Shown one piece after another: positions 1 to 11,780 of a DNA stretch of 43,265 nt. Position numbers and translations under genes: made by a program. The first letter of the stretch is position 1. Each line of letters begins with the position of its first letter. Origin of the DNA: Welwitschia mirabilis. Its lineage: Eukaryota. The DNA lies in contig JBOZIK010000001.1 in NCBI GenBank assembly GCA_051453625.1, positions 42,691,681 to 42,734,945 on the forward strand, in the 5' to 3' direction. The notes beneath the pieces are model-generated. The model was not told the origin of the DNA, did no database searches, and saw nothing but the letters and a program-made list of their open reading frames with translations.

Positions 1-690
1 TTTTTATTTTTCTTATAGTTAATTCACTTATGAATCTTTTTATAAAGTTTTCTCAGATTTGATCCTATGTTTTTAGTCTTTTTTAGGGCAAAGTTTTTAG
101 CCAAAGTTTTGCCTTATCTTTTAAAGTCATGGGAAAGATTAGTATATATGTTCTGTATATTATTTTTTCTTCCCATTTTCTGAGTTGAGAATAAGTTATT
201 CAATGTCTCCAATATGTTAAATAGGATCCTCATCCTCTTCTCCACTAAAAATTGGATAATCATGTAAATTTTTGAGCTCTACATCATCTCTTGGGGGGTA
301 GGTTAAAAGGTGTTTGAATTTCTTTATTCTTGTTGGCTAATAATTTCTAAGGGTGAGGTTGGCATTAGGGGTAGAATAATCTATGACTTGTTTTTTGCTT
401 ATGGGAGGCACTTGACATGGTAATTGGGTTCTCTCCTTCTATAGGTTTTTCATTAAGGAAATCAGATTCAAAAAAAAAAAATTTGGAAGAAGGGTTGAGT
501 GCACTTGAAGATCGTTCTTCTGACTCTTTTTCTATTTTCAACAGTCCTTCTTTGAGGTTTTTTTTCTATTAACTATTTTTCCCTGAGATATTTCTTCTCC
601 AGATTGACCATATCATAGCATTCTGCAAACAAAAAACAATAGATAATAGATCAAAAAATAATAGACTATTATCTTGTATGTCATGCAGAT
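1..690 (-). pseudogene. gag: Decayed Athila-like Ty3/gypsy gag (N-terminal part, runs off the window start)
   Basis: The minus strand at about 30-150 translates as ILIFPMTLKDKAKLWLKTLP*KRLKT*DQI*ENFIKRF, a retrotransposon gag motif with stops. It is the reverse complement of the gag segment at about 37560-37690. Confidence 0.8.
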
Positions 691-1031
691 GAATGAGGGA
701 ACGAAGAATACAAAAAACAAAGAAAAAAAGTAGAATTAAAACTAAAATAGAAATCAAAAAACACAAAAAGTATGTCTATCATTTACTTAATTGTCTGGAC
801 ATCATAGGAGACAATAGAGACTAATTTATTACAAATAAAATTAAAATACACAAATGAAAATAAAAAATTGAATTAACACACTGTCGTCCTAACTGTAGTG
901 GGGACGATGGAGGGGATGACCATACTTTTTCATAAAAAACATAAAGTTCCTAATAAAAATACAACACTGCATAGACAAATAATCAGAATACTTATATGAA
1001 TGACCACAACCTTTGTACTCCTTGATAGCCT

Positions 1032-1049
1032 TTTCTAGCAATGACACCA
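1032..1049 (-). promoter_or_regulatory. Primer binding site, tRNA-Asp type (decayed)
   Basis: tttctagcaatgacacca versus tccccggcaacggcgcca (reverse complement of TGGCGCCGTTGCCGGGGA). All mismatches are C>T or G>A. It lies 3 bp from an LTR end. Confidence 0.75.
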
Positions 1050-1052
1050 ATT

Positions 1053-1261
1053 TATTAATGTATGTATTTATGCACAGTTTTATGTTCAAATAGATATTGT
1101 CATTAGTAATCAAAATAGATATTATGCATAATACATCATGCTAATATAATAAGAGTAATCTGAAATGTCGTATCTTGTTCAAGTCTATTCGTATGAGACT
1201 CATGTTGCTTTTGCAATTAAATAGGAACCAGAAATAATGAATAATAATGCAAGGAAATAAA
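1053..1261 (-). mobile_element. Partial 5' LTR of Athila-like element (cut by N gap)
   Basis: Begins tattaatgtatgtatttatgc, a decayed version of the family terminus tgttgcggtgcgaatttatgc, directly beside the PBS. Confidence 0.65.
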
Positions 1262-1439
1262 NNNNNNNNNNNNNNNNNNNNNNNNNNNNNNNNNNNNNNN
1301 NNNNNNNNNNNNNNNNNNNNNNNNNNNNNNNNNNNNNNNNNNNNNNNNNNNNNNNNNNNNNGTAATTTGAAGTTGCACATGAAGGCATAAGTGGAAAGGA
1401 TGTATAAGTATGAGTAGAAAGAACAAGTCTATCCTCTAT

Positions 1440-3316
1440 GAAATTTGAATGAATATCTAGGGGTCCTTTATTGTGGTCTATTTCTTCACTATTATCCTTA
1501 TCATTATTTTGTTAGGTTTTTGCTATATTTTTCTCATCATTGTTCATGACTAAATATTTCTTCATTTATTAAATATTAATATCATGCTCTAATTTATTGA
1601 ATTCATCAAAAAGATTATCAAGAGAAATAAGAAAATCATCTTAATCATTGACTAAAAAGTATTTAAATTTTTCATGAATGGATTCCTCATCTAACAGTAA
1701 ATGAATGACAGAAATATAATTTAAAACTTCAATATCATTATTTAATGAATGGTCATCCTCATCCCAATTGTGAAAAGATTGAGTTGTGGTATTGTTATCT
1801 CTTCTTTGCTCATCTCCTAATGAGTAGGATATTGAAGTTTAATCCAAAATTTCATCTTTGAGTTGAAAGCAAGAATCATCATGATTTGTGTCTACGTTCT
1901 TCTCATTTTCCTCAAGGTAGGATGAAGGAGGATAGTTTTAAGAATGTTGTAATGCAAAAGAACCTTAATTTTATAATAAGTTTTGTTGCAATATTTCAAC
2001 TAATTTTTCTAGATTCTTGTTAGTATTTTCTTGGTTCTTCTTTCTTTCATAAATATTTTCTTTTAATGAATCATGTTCTTCTTTGTAGTAGGTCATGGGA
2101 GATGGTTCTTCTTCATAGTGATGCATAGAAGATGATTAGGATTGATAAAAAGGATTATAAAAAGTTTGTCTAAATGAGCTGGAATCCCTAAATTATGGAA
2201 AATCTTCATCGTTATTTCTATATCAAGTTTGAAAAGAAGAGGGGAAAGAATAAGAAGATTGAAAAGAGAAAGGGGCTCAATTCCTATTCTCAACATTATT
2301 TTATGATGGTCTCCCTATTTTAGCAATAATTTCTTAAAGTGTTTCTTACTATTATCCTCAGTATTTTGTAAGTTTCTTCTTCTTTCAGAAAAAAGTTCCA
2401 CAATGGTCTTTCTATTACTATTCATTGAAGTAAGTGAGAAGAATGGAACAGAAGAATTTTATTTCAAGATAGTAAGGAAAATAAGTACACAATAAAGATC
2501 AAGTTTCCCTTTCTTAGATGTTTCATCATTTTTTTGAAATTGATAATCCTTAACACTAAAAAGATGTGTAATAACTGTTTATTTTAACTATCGTAAAAAT
2601 AACTAATAAAGGAAAATCTGAGTCTAAAATAAGAGGAAAACATTTCTTGGAACTTCTGTACCCGTGATGTGCATACCTAGATTTTACTCAAATTTGAATA
2701 ATCCTTCATAGATATTTCCTTCAATTAAGTTCCACTTCCATTAATATTCCATATTTTTACCAGAATTCAATGTGTCCCTACATGCATAGATAATAAACTA
2801 AAAACAAAATAGAAAATAATATCCCATCATTCACTTGGTTGTGAGGACGACAAAGGAAATGATGATTACACAAAGACCAAACTCTAAAGAAAATGTAGAC
2901 TGAAAATTAAACTATCATCTAGAATGTCATAGGGATGACATAGAGGACAACGATCATGTAAACAAAAAAATGAAACTCAAAAACTTAGAAAATCATAACT
3001 CAAGAATTCAAAAAAATTATAGAAACTCAAAAAGTGAGACTATTGTTCAATTTGTCATTGGGATGTGAAGAAAACAATAGTAACTTTATTATCAAAATAA
3101 TAATAGAAGAAAAATTAAGAAAGTAAAAATAAGTTTCAAATTTTTAGAACTATCGTGCCCACTATTGTTGGGATGACATAGACAACAAAAAGGTCTTTAA
3201 AGTTAAAAATACAATACTAATTCAAATAAATAACCTAAATAGAAGATTCAAGATACTTATTTGATTAGTGATAATTCTCTAGCCCCTTGTGGCCTTCCCT
3301 CGTAATGATGCCAAAA
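1440..3316 (-). mobile_element. Internal region (5' UTR and decayed gag-like sequence) of a second Athila-like element
   Basis: Lies downstream (minus strand) of the PBS at 3296-3313 and carries several copies of the GTCGTC/GACGAC motif (2820-3190). 2660-2800 is homologous to 9365-9490. The left boundary is approximate. Confidence 0.65.
3296..3313 (-). promoter_or_regulatory. Primer binding site, tRNA-Asp type (decayed)
   Basis: tccctcgtaatgatgcca versus tccccggcaacggcgcca, followed by aaa and the LTR terminus TG at 3317. Confidence 0.75.
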
Positions 3317-4666
3317 TGTTGCAGTGTGAATTTATGCAATCCTAAATCCTTTTAGATAAACCTATATATCAAATAACTTGTAAAAAAAAACACACACTAG
3401 TATAGATGGGAGTTCACCTAAATGTCATAATCCTAATAAAGGCACTAGTCTTAAAGTTAGAGGATTGATTTTCAAAGGTATTTTTAGTATTTTATCTTTT
3501 AAAAATTGAAAGTAAATAATAAAGTAAATGTAATTCAATGTAAATGGATATGAAATATAAATGGAAATGGAATAAGTTCTATTTGGTTCCTAATTCTTCT
3601 ATCATAAGAATTAGCTATCTATAATTTAGATTAATTAAGAAGAGTATTTAACATATTCTTAACCAATATGAACTATCAGATATTCCAAGTAGAATAAATA
3701 ATATAATGTGAAATGGAAATGAAATAACAATGAAATATAATACTAATCAAAGTAAACCTTAACAAAGGTTATCCTTTTGATCTAAATAAATCATAGATCT
3801 ATCACTTAACTATGACCAGCTTAAACCATAAGGGACATCGATAGAATTAGAATGAAAAGATTAATTGTATTGATTTTAAAGAACTTTACATCCACTTCCA
3901 ACAAAATAGCAGCACCACAATGGAAGAGAATCAGCCTCACACTAAGAAAACTCCTTTTTATAACTACTAGATGGACCTATTTTCTTCAATCTTCCATCAG
4001 AAGCATATCAGGTATAAAAGATGGAGTGGAAGTAAGGAAAAAAATTGGTATTTATAGTTTTATTTAAGAATTCTAGAATTGTAAACTTAAAAGTCAGAGA
4101 AGAAACCCTAGCAGCCCAAGTGGGGCACATGACCCCATTACAAGATAAACCAGCCTGCTTTTATTAAATAGTTATCATCCTAATTATAATGGAGATGACA
4201 CTAGGTATAAAGTCATATAACAATAAATAATTCAATAACTATTGGCTCTACAATTAACCCCATAGTTGGCTCCAATTATATCATAGTCCCTCATGTCGTG
4301 GAGACAATAATGGAGATGATACCTTTATAGAAAAGGGTGCTTTATTAGCTCCAACCTCCAATCCATGTTGCTATCATGATAGGTAGGTATGATGCTATCG
4401 TCCCCTCTGTCATGGTAACAATAAGGTGATGGCACCATTAATCTTCTCAATTCAAGAAAATTAGCCTTCTTCATCATTAGTCTTCCTTCAACATGCTAAG
4501 TACCAGAACATGCTTGAAATCCCTCTAATTATGCTAAGAATTATATGATACTATGATCATTTTATCAACTCTTTATAATCAATAGAATTTCATATAAAAC
4601 TATATAAATGTCCTATAAAAGTACTCCAAATACACCATCAAATTCCTAAAAATTGGCGTCACAATA
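3317..4666 (-). mobile_element. Complete 5' LTR (~1.35 kb) of Athila-like element
   Basis: Starts tgttgcagtgtgaatttatgc and ends ttggcgtcacaata. These match the termini of the LTR at 40531-42751 (ttggcatcgcaaca) and the reverse complement of 35472-36541. Confidence 0.8.
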
Positions 4667-5519
4667 GATATCATCTTTGAAGTTTCAACATCGACTAGTA
4701 CTTATCGTGGTCTAATTTTCTTTGTAATGGCTTGTTTACATAATGATACAAAATATTTAATAAGTAGAATCATCAAAACTAGATTTACTAATGATTTCAT
4801 CCTTTTTAATGATGTCTAAAACTTGGCAAATCTTATTAGTGTAATTTTCTTTAGTCAACTAAAATTAGATACTAATATTTAAGAGAAATGCATATAATTA
4901 ATTTTTTTTAATGATCTTGAAACAAACATGATATTAACCATTTGAATCATCGATAAAGGCCCATAGATATTTGATAAATAATGATATTGACCATTTGAAT
5001 AAGCTTGTAAAGTATGAAGTATGAAAGGCAGAAAAAAATTTGATAATTTCATTAAAAAACATTAACAACTAATCATGTAAGATATGATAATAGTAATGTA
5101 TTAATAATAAGATCAAATCATGGTATTTAAAAGTGTGTCAACAATACATCATGAAAAAATATGCTCATGATAATGTAATAATAATAATAATTAAAGCATG
5201 ACATAATAGAAATGTGCTAGCAAAACATAATATGAAGATCATGAAAATGTACTAATAAATAAAAATCAAAAAATATCATTTTAGAATTATACCAATCAAG
5301 ATATTAAAACATGAGAGCACACCAATAGATAAAATATGATAACAAACAACAAATAACAATAATGTGTATCAAAATCATAAGAATAATTAGCAATAAATAA
5401 TAATAACACTCAGGGATCTAATTCGACATCTAAAAGAAAAGTACTTCATGCTCAACAAAGTGCCCTTAAATTAAAAGTTAATGTGTTAAACTAAATGTAA
5501 CTGATTTTCCATTGATTTG

Positions 5520-8500
5520 TTAAATTTTTTTCCTCCTTTTTGGATAGCCAAAAAAAGGATCTAATCATTGAGATTAGAGTCACTTATATAATATGTATAT
5601 TGACCTTCTTCATCATTTTCTTTATCACTATCATTGATGATGAATATTTTTTGGATATAGAATGCAGAAGATGTGAGTGATGGAGTATGATGCTTCCTAG
5701 AAGAATGTTATGATGTCTCACCTAGGCCTTCTTAGGTCTATATTCTCATACAATAGTATGTTTGAGAAATGATGGAGGTTATAAAGAAGCTAGTTATGGC
5801 TATATTTGTGAAGGATGATAGTAATTAAACTGTGGATAGTTGTAATACCTAATTAGGCTCAATGTGAGATGGAAATGTTGATGGTATATATAATATAGGT
5901 AAAGAACATAGGTGTGGTGGTAATTAAACTATGAAGTAAGGTGAAGGTGGTTGAGTAGGATGATGGACTAGAATCTTTCAATGTAGATGATGGAAGATGA
6001 GAAGTTGTACATTCAATCTCTTAGACTCTTATCTCCTACTGCTACTTCCTATGCTGTAATGAACTAGGAACCTATTGATTCATCTATAATTGTGCCTTCA
6101 TGGGAGATTAGTACTCTCCCTGAGCATATGCCTCATTTTCTAATAACTCCTCTACAAAATAACTATTAGTTGTCCTACTAGAGTTATAACCTATGACATG
6201 TTAAGATGTAGGATCTTCTTCTACTTTTAATTCCTCATTTGAATTTAATCATGTGGAAATCCTAATGGATTCTCAACTCTTTACTAGTGTCTTACCTTCA
6301 CTAGATATAGACATATGTTTCTTTAGCCTTATTAAATTTTTGCTAATTTTTCCGATAATTTTTTCTATTACATTAAATCCCTTTTTTACTAATGAAGAAC
6401 TATGAGTTTTAGTGAAGTAAGATCTCTAAATTTGTAAAGTTATTGTACTAGTGCCTTCACCTAGTGGCACTGACACTCTTCATTTTTTACTAAATTCAAC
6501 TAGTGATTTCTTTATGTGAATAAGATTAATTTGATAAATAAAAATGCTTGCACCTATAATAATAATCAAATTGATAAAATAATGGTGACCTAAAGTCTGT
6601 TCCTTATGAAATAATGTAATAATATTCATACATAAAATAAAATCCAAATCGAGCTTCAAACCATTAAAACAATATAAAACAAATGTCTACATTGGTTTAT
6701 AATAGTTATAACTCTCTCATCTAATCAAAATATTACAAAACATGATCAAACAAAGAATTAAAGCATCTAGAATTATATCTTTTCACTCAGTGTTTTCTAC
6801 AAAATTCATTCTACAATTATCAAATAAAACATTAGTCATATTTTTTCTCGACACATTGATAGCTCTTGAAGTAAAACTCTCTTTAAATGAATGCATATAC
6901 AACTATGGAAGATCTAAATCATCGATGTCAAGTAATAAATTAATAAACTAGAAATAATATATAATGAAGTACCTCTAATTGAGTTTGGAAAACACTTGTA
7001 TCATCACCTATTTCATGAATGTTAGTCTAGAACTCTCTCATAATGGAATCTTGAATACTCTAGTCTAAGTAGATGATTATTTTTTAATGAAGCCAAGTGA
7101 AGTAAGCCATAAGCTAATCTCTACACTACCTCTAAAATATAAGGGTTCCTTTTGAAATCATTCAATTTCTTATCCATGTTCTATATCATCTTGTTATTCC
7201 CTCATATTAAAACAGAGGCTCATACTAAGATCTTTGAGTCTCTGAAACTTGTTCTTTCCTTCTTAAAGTACTAGCTAATTTTCTTCTAATAATTTTGCAA
7301 GAAATATGAAGAAAATAAATTGAAAATCAACTAAAGTATAGGAAATNNNNNNNNNNNNNNNNNNNNNNNNNNNNNNNNNNNNNNNNNNNNNNNNNNNNNN
7401 NNNNNNNNNNNNNNNNNNNNNNNNNNNNNNNNNNNNNNNNNNNNNNNNNNNNNNNNNNNNNNNNNNNNNNNNNNNNNNNNNNNNNNNNNNNNNNNNNNNN
7501 NNNNNNNNNNNNNNNNNNNNNNNNNNNNNNNNNNNNNNNNNNNNNNNNNNNNNNNNNNNNNNNNNNNNNNNNNNNNNNNNNNNNNNNNNNNNNNNNNNNN
7601 NNNNNNNNNNNNNNNNNNNNNNNNNNNNNNNNNNNNNNNNNNNNNNNNNNNNNAACTCCCTCACCATAGGATCTAAAATGCTCTGGCCTAACTAAATATT
7701 CATTTTTCAACTAAGCCAAGTGAAGTAAGCCATAGCTTAATCTCTGCACTACCTCTGAAATCCAATGATTCTTTTTGCAATAATAGAAGTCTTTATCTAA
7801 TACTGAATCTTATTATTATGGTCTCATGATAAATCTAAGGCTTATACTATTATATTTAAGGCTCTGAAGCTTGTTCTTTCCCTTTTGAAATTCTAGAAAA
7901 CTTTCTTCTAAGTATTTTTGCAAGATATATAGAAAATATAATACCAAAAATTAACTTAAATATAAATAAATCATAAAAATATGCATCTATGTAAAGAACA
8001 ACCCTGTTCTTGCTCGCTATGAAGATATCTCACAAATCTAAGATGTCTTAGTAGTGAAATGTGAGAAAATTAGACTTGAAAAATCCTTTGAAAGAGATAT
8101 CTATCAATTAAATACTTGAAAATAATATTTGATGGTCCCTTTGTCCAAATAAAAAGGGTGAAAACCCTAGGTTTTTTTTATGCATTTTAATTTTTCTAAA
8201 AATATAGTCAAGATGTCTACCTATTGTGAAATATATAAAATGTAAAAAGTAGATATTTATAAAGTTAAATATGTCCACTATTAAATTTTTCAATACATAT
8301 TTCTATTATTAAGACATCCACAAAATCAAATATCTCTACTCTAAAAAATTAAAAGAGTATACTTGATCTTCAAAGATGTCTACAAAATTCAAGATATCTA
8401 CTCTAAAAATATCTACAAATTTGAATATTTCTTTATGATCAATATCTTAAAACCTAAAGACATCTGTAATAAAAGTTTTGAGAACATCAAAATATTCTAT
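5520..8500 (-). mobile_element. SIRE-like copia 3' remnant: PPT-like tract, env-like ORF remnant and repeated-motif region
   Basis: tcctcctttttgg at about 5531 resembles a Sirevirus upstream PPT in reverse complement. The minus strand at about 6865-6900 reads VYAFI*REFYF. A cluster of agatgtctac/agacatccac/agatatctac motifs lies at 8040-8465. Confidence 0.5.
7090..7965 (+). repeat. Diverged ~250-bp direct repeat (about 7090-7345 and 7713-7965) either side of an N gap
   Basis: Both copies begin aagccaagtgaagtaagccata and continue through ttgttctttcc...ttttgcaaga. Confidence 0.8.
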
Positions 8501-8719
8501 GACTAATACAATCATAATGATAACTCTTCAAAAAAGTAAATAACAAGCACATAATGTAATTTTTACTACTACATCTAATAATAATTCCAACTTATAAGGT
8601 AATAACAAAAACTCTAAAAAAGATAAAGCATTATAGTTGAGGGCTAAAGAGGTATTTATTACAAACAAAAACTCTAAAAACAAGAAGCACTAGCAGATGC
8701 AGTAAAATCCTAACAATTG

Positions 8720-9645
8720 CATAAGAATGCACAAGCGATATGGAAAAAAATCTGGTAAAGTTTGGTAAAGCATTATATTTAGGTATCATCCTATTGGTCA
8801 TCTAGACATCACAAGAGTTTATGCCACATCATGAAGGATCAACATTAGCTACCAGATTTGTCTAATAAGCATCCTAGTCAGTGTAGGTTCTTCTATAATC
8901 TATAATATCATCTAAATGATAGTATGAATGATGGGCTTTATAAATATGTTTCTTGTATTAGATTAGCCTTTTTGATTATAGGATTGCTACTTCAGATAAG
9001 ATAAGTACAAGTTATTCAATATCAACAAATGTTGGAAAAGGTCTTTCTTAGGTTCTCACAAAAAAATTAGATAAGCACTCAAATTTCATAATCTACATCA
9101 TTACTAATAGGTAAATAAAAGGGATTTTAAATTTCACATTTTCTATTAGTGATTAAATCACTAAGGGTAACATTTGCATTCAAAGTAGAGGTTCCTATTA
9201 CAATTGGTATACTAGACAAAGCAAATTGGTTTTGTTTTTATGATGATTTTAACATATTCGAGGACATGATCTACTTGTATACTATAATTTTGTTTTGAAA
9301 AATTATATTTTGAAATACTACAAGTGGAAAAACCTTCTTCTTTAATTCTTTAAATTTGCATATCTTAGGTGTATGTACTTAGATTTTACTCGAAGTTAAA
9401 TAATCCTTCTCTGATATTTTCTTCAATTAAGTTTCATTTACTTTAATTTTTCATATTTCTACTAGAATTCACCATGTCTCTACACACAAAAACAGTAAAT
9501 AACAAATGGAATAAAAAACAACTATCATCTACTTGATCATGGAGATGACAGGAGAGATGATGATCATAATAGTAGAAAATTAAACTCAGATAAAAATTAT
9601 CAAAAGTGAAAAAATAGACTATTGTTCAAGCTGTCATGGGGATGA
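8720..9645 (-). mobile_element. Athila-like fragments: LTR piece (about 8720-8935) and internal/5' UTR piece (about 8940-9645)
   Basis: 8750-8930 aligns with 35290-35470 (tttggtaaagcatt...atgccacatcat...taagcatcct). 9365-9490 aligns with 2660-2790. GTCGTC/GACGAC motif copies occur at about 9520 and 9620. Confidence 0.7.
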
Positions 9646-9659
9646 CAATATTAGAAATA

Positions 9660-10012
9660 TATGCTTTTAAGGCATTTCTAAAATACCTTAAAAGGCCATA
9701 AGAAATACCTTAAATGATTTTAAGGCATTTTGTCAAAAAACCCCTTAACAAGCCTTACCTTGAAAGCGTACATGTTTTTAGGGTATTTGAGGCATTTTTT
9801 ATATGAAATGCCTTAAAAGACTTTTAAGGCATTCTTTCCTATAAATACCTTAAAAGGCTTTTAAGTTATTTCATGACATAAACAGCTTACAAGGATTCTA
9901 AGGTATTTTCTAACATAAACATCTTAAAAGTTTTTTAAGGTGTTTTAGATTTTTTTTAACATAAACGCCTAAAAATGTTTTTGAGGTGTTCTAGCAAATA
10001 AATGCCTTAAAA
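9660..10012. repeat. Subterminal repeat array, more than 15 copies of TTTTAAGGC(A/G)TT in both orientations
   Basis: ttttaaggcatt and aatgccttaaaa/aataccttaaaa alternate throughout the interval, the pattern typical of CACTA subterminal regions. Confidence 0.85.
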
Positions 10013-11078
10013 TATGTAACTTTTGATAGCTAAGAGAATAAGTTTCTATCTAGCATGCATGTATTAACAATAGACAATAGATTATTTGGTATTTAAGTTT
10101 TCACATAGAATGTTTGAAGATTACCTGAAATAACTAAAGATATCAATTTATGTTATTATTAAAGCTAAACTCATTAGTCATGTTATGGAATTTTCCTAAG
10201 AACTAATCCTTATGTAGCAGATTATAGACCAATAGTCACATATGTTTCCATTAGTGGTCTAAAATTTATTAGAAGGTCCTCTTTATAATGCAACTAGTAG
10301 CCTAAGCTAGAGAATGACTACATAATACTCAGGGTTGGGAATATTTTCAAATCTTTTGATGGATTCACTGTATAAGCATTTTTGTCCAACTATTTCTTAA
10401 TAGTAATGAAACTAAAACTCTATATCAATAGCTTTTCCATCTTTAAACATGAACACATTTTTTATCAAATGTGGATGAGAATTTTATCATTCACTAATAA
10501 TTTTTGAGTTACAATGTGTAGTCCTTACATTAATTCTAGCTTTTATAGTAAGGCATCTTAGTAGGTTATGTATAGTTATAATATTTTCGTAAATAATTTC
10601 CTAAGATTAATAATGCTATTAAACTGAATATATATGCCCATAAATCTCCTGAATATTTACTACCTATGAAATTATTTCTTTTAGAAACTTATGCAATCTT
10701 GCAAGTAAAAAAAAGAACATAGCTATATATGTGACATATGTCAAAGAGATGGAATCTAAACACTGTAAGCAATACCACTAGCAATTTAACATTTTTCTCT
10801 TTGATGTTTCTAGTGAAGCTATAGCAATGATGATGTGTTGCTTGAGTTCTAGTTTACATTCAAGGTTAACTTTTGAAATTCTTAACCACCTTCAAGCATT
10901 TGTTGACATTAGTGTTTGTATGAATGCATTCTTGGTCCTTCTATAGTATGTCATGATCATGCCATCAATTCTTGTGCTTCAAGATTTCAGGCCTTCCTAG
11001 TCTTATTTCTTAGTAAACTTGGTGATAAAGTGGTTTGCATTAGCACCAAATTTGCTAAAAAAATTATTAAATCTATTT

Positions 11079-11780
11079 ATCTATTCCATATACTTCAATC
11101 ATCTCCTCTATTATAAAAAAATATTTTGATCTAGTGATAATGGAAAAGTGGGATTTGGTCATCATTCAAAGAAAGCATAGTAATTTTTATGTCCCTTGTA
11201 TTTATCACTTTAGAATTCATTTAATGATTTATTAAAAGTTTAAAATGATGAAACTTGAAGATGACTTGTAAAAAATGCATTTAGAAAAATGATTGGGCTG
11301 AGTAGACACCTACAGGGATTAAGTGAAGATAAGTAAAGATACATCAAAGAAGCTAATTGAAGGAGCTTAAGTGACATTGGCCACAATAGATTAGAAGCAC
11401 ATGAATAACATTGTTTATAAGTCAATATTATCTGCATTTAATGAAGAAAATGAAAAGATCCAAGAATAATGATCTACATGCTTATGCCTTGCTAATGCCT
11501 ATGTCTCCATAATAAACCTAATGAAGGTCCTCATTTCATCTATTCCATATACTTCAATTGACTCCTCTGTTATGAGAAATATTCTAATCTAGTGATAATG
11601 GCAAAGTGGAATATGGTTATCAGTAAAAAGAAGCATAGTAATCTCTACATCTGCTATATTCATCCCTTTAGAATCCATTTAATGATTCATTGAACGTTTG
11701 AAATTATGGATCTTTGAAGACAACTTATAAAAAATGCATTTATAAAAGGATTAGGCTGAGTAAAAACCTATAGTGATTTA
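11079..11780 (+). repeat. ~240-bp diverged direct duplication (11079-11320 and 11538-11780) within the transposase remnant
   Basis: Both copies start atctattccatatacttcaat and share tctagtgataatgg, aagcatagtaat and aaaaatgcattta. No N gap lies between them. Confidence 0.85.

Noticed and set aside
4900..5420. AT-rich tract with a short tgatatt(a/g)accatttgaat duplication and aat runs
   Set aside because: Low-complexity decayed sequence with no definable unit or boundaries.
9660..10012. CRISPR-like repeat/spacer appearance
   Set aside because: The repeats are about 12 bp, degenerate, in both orientations and irregularly spaced. The context is eukaryotic with no cas genes, and it fits CACTA subterminal repeats.
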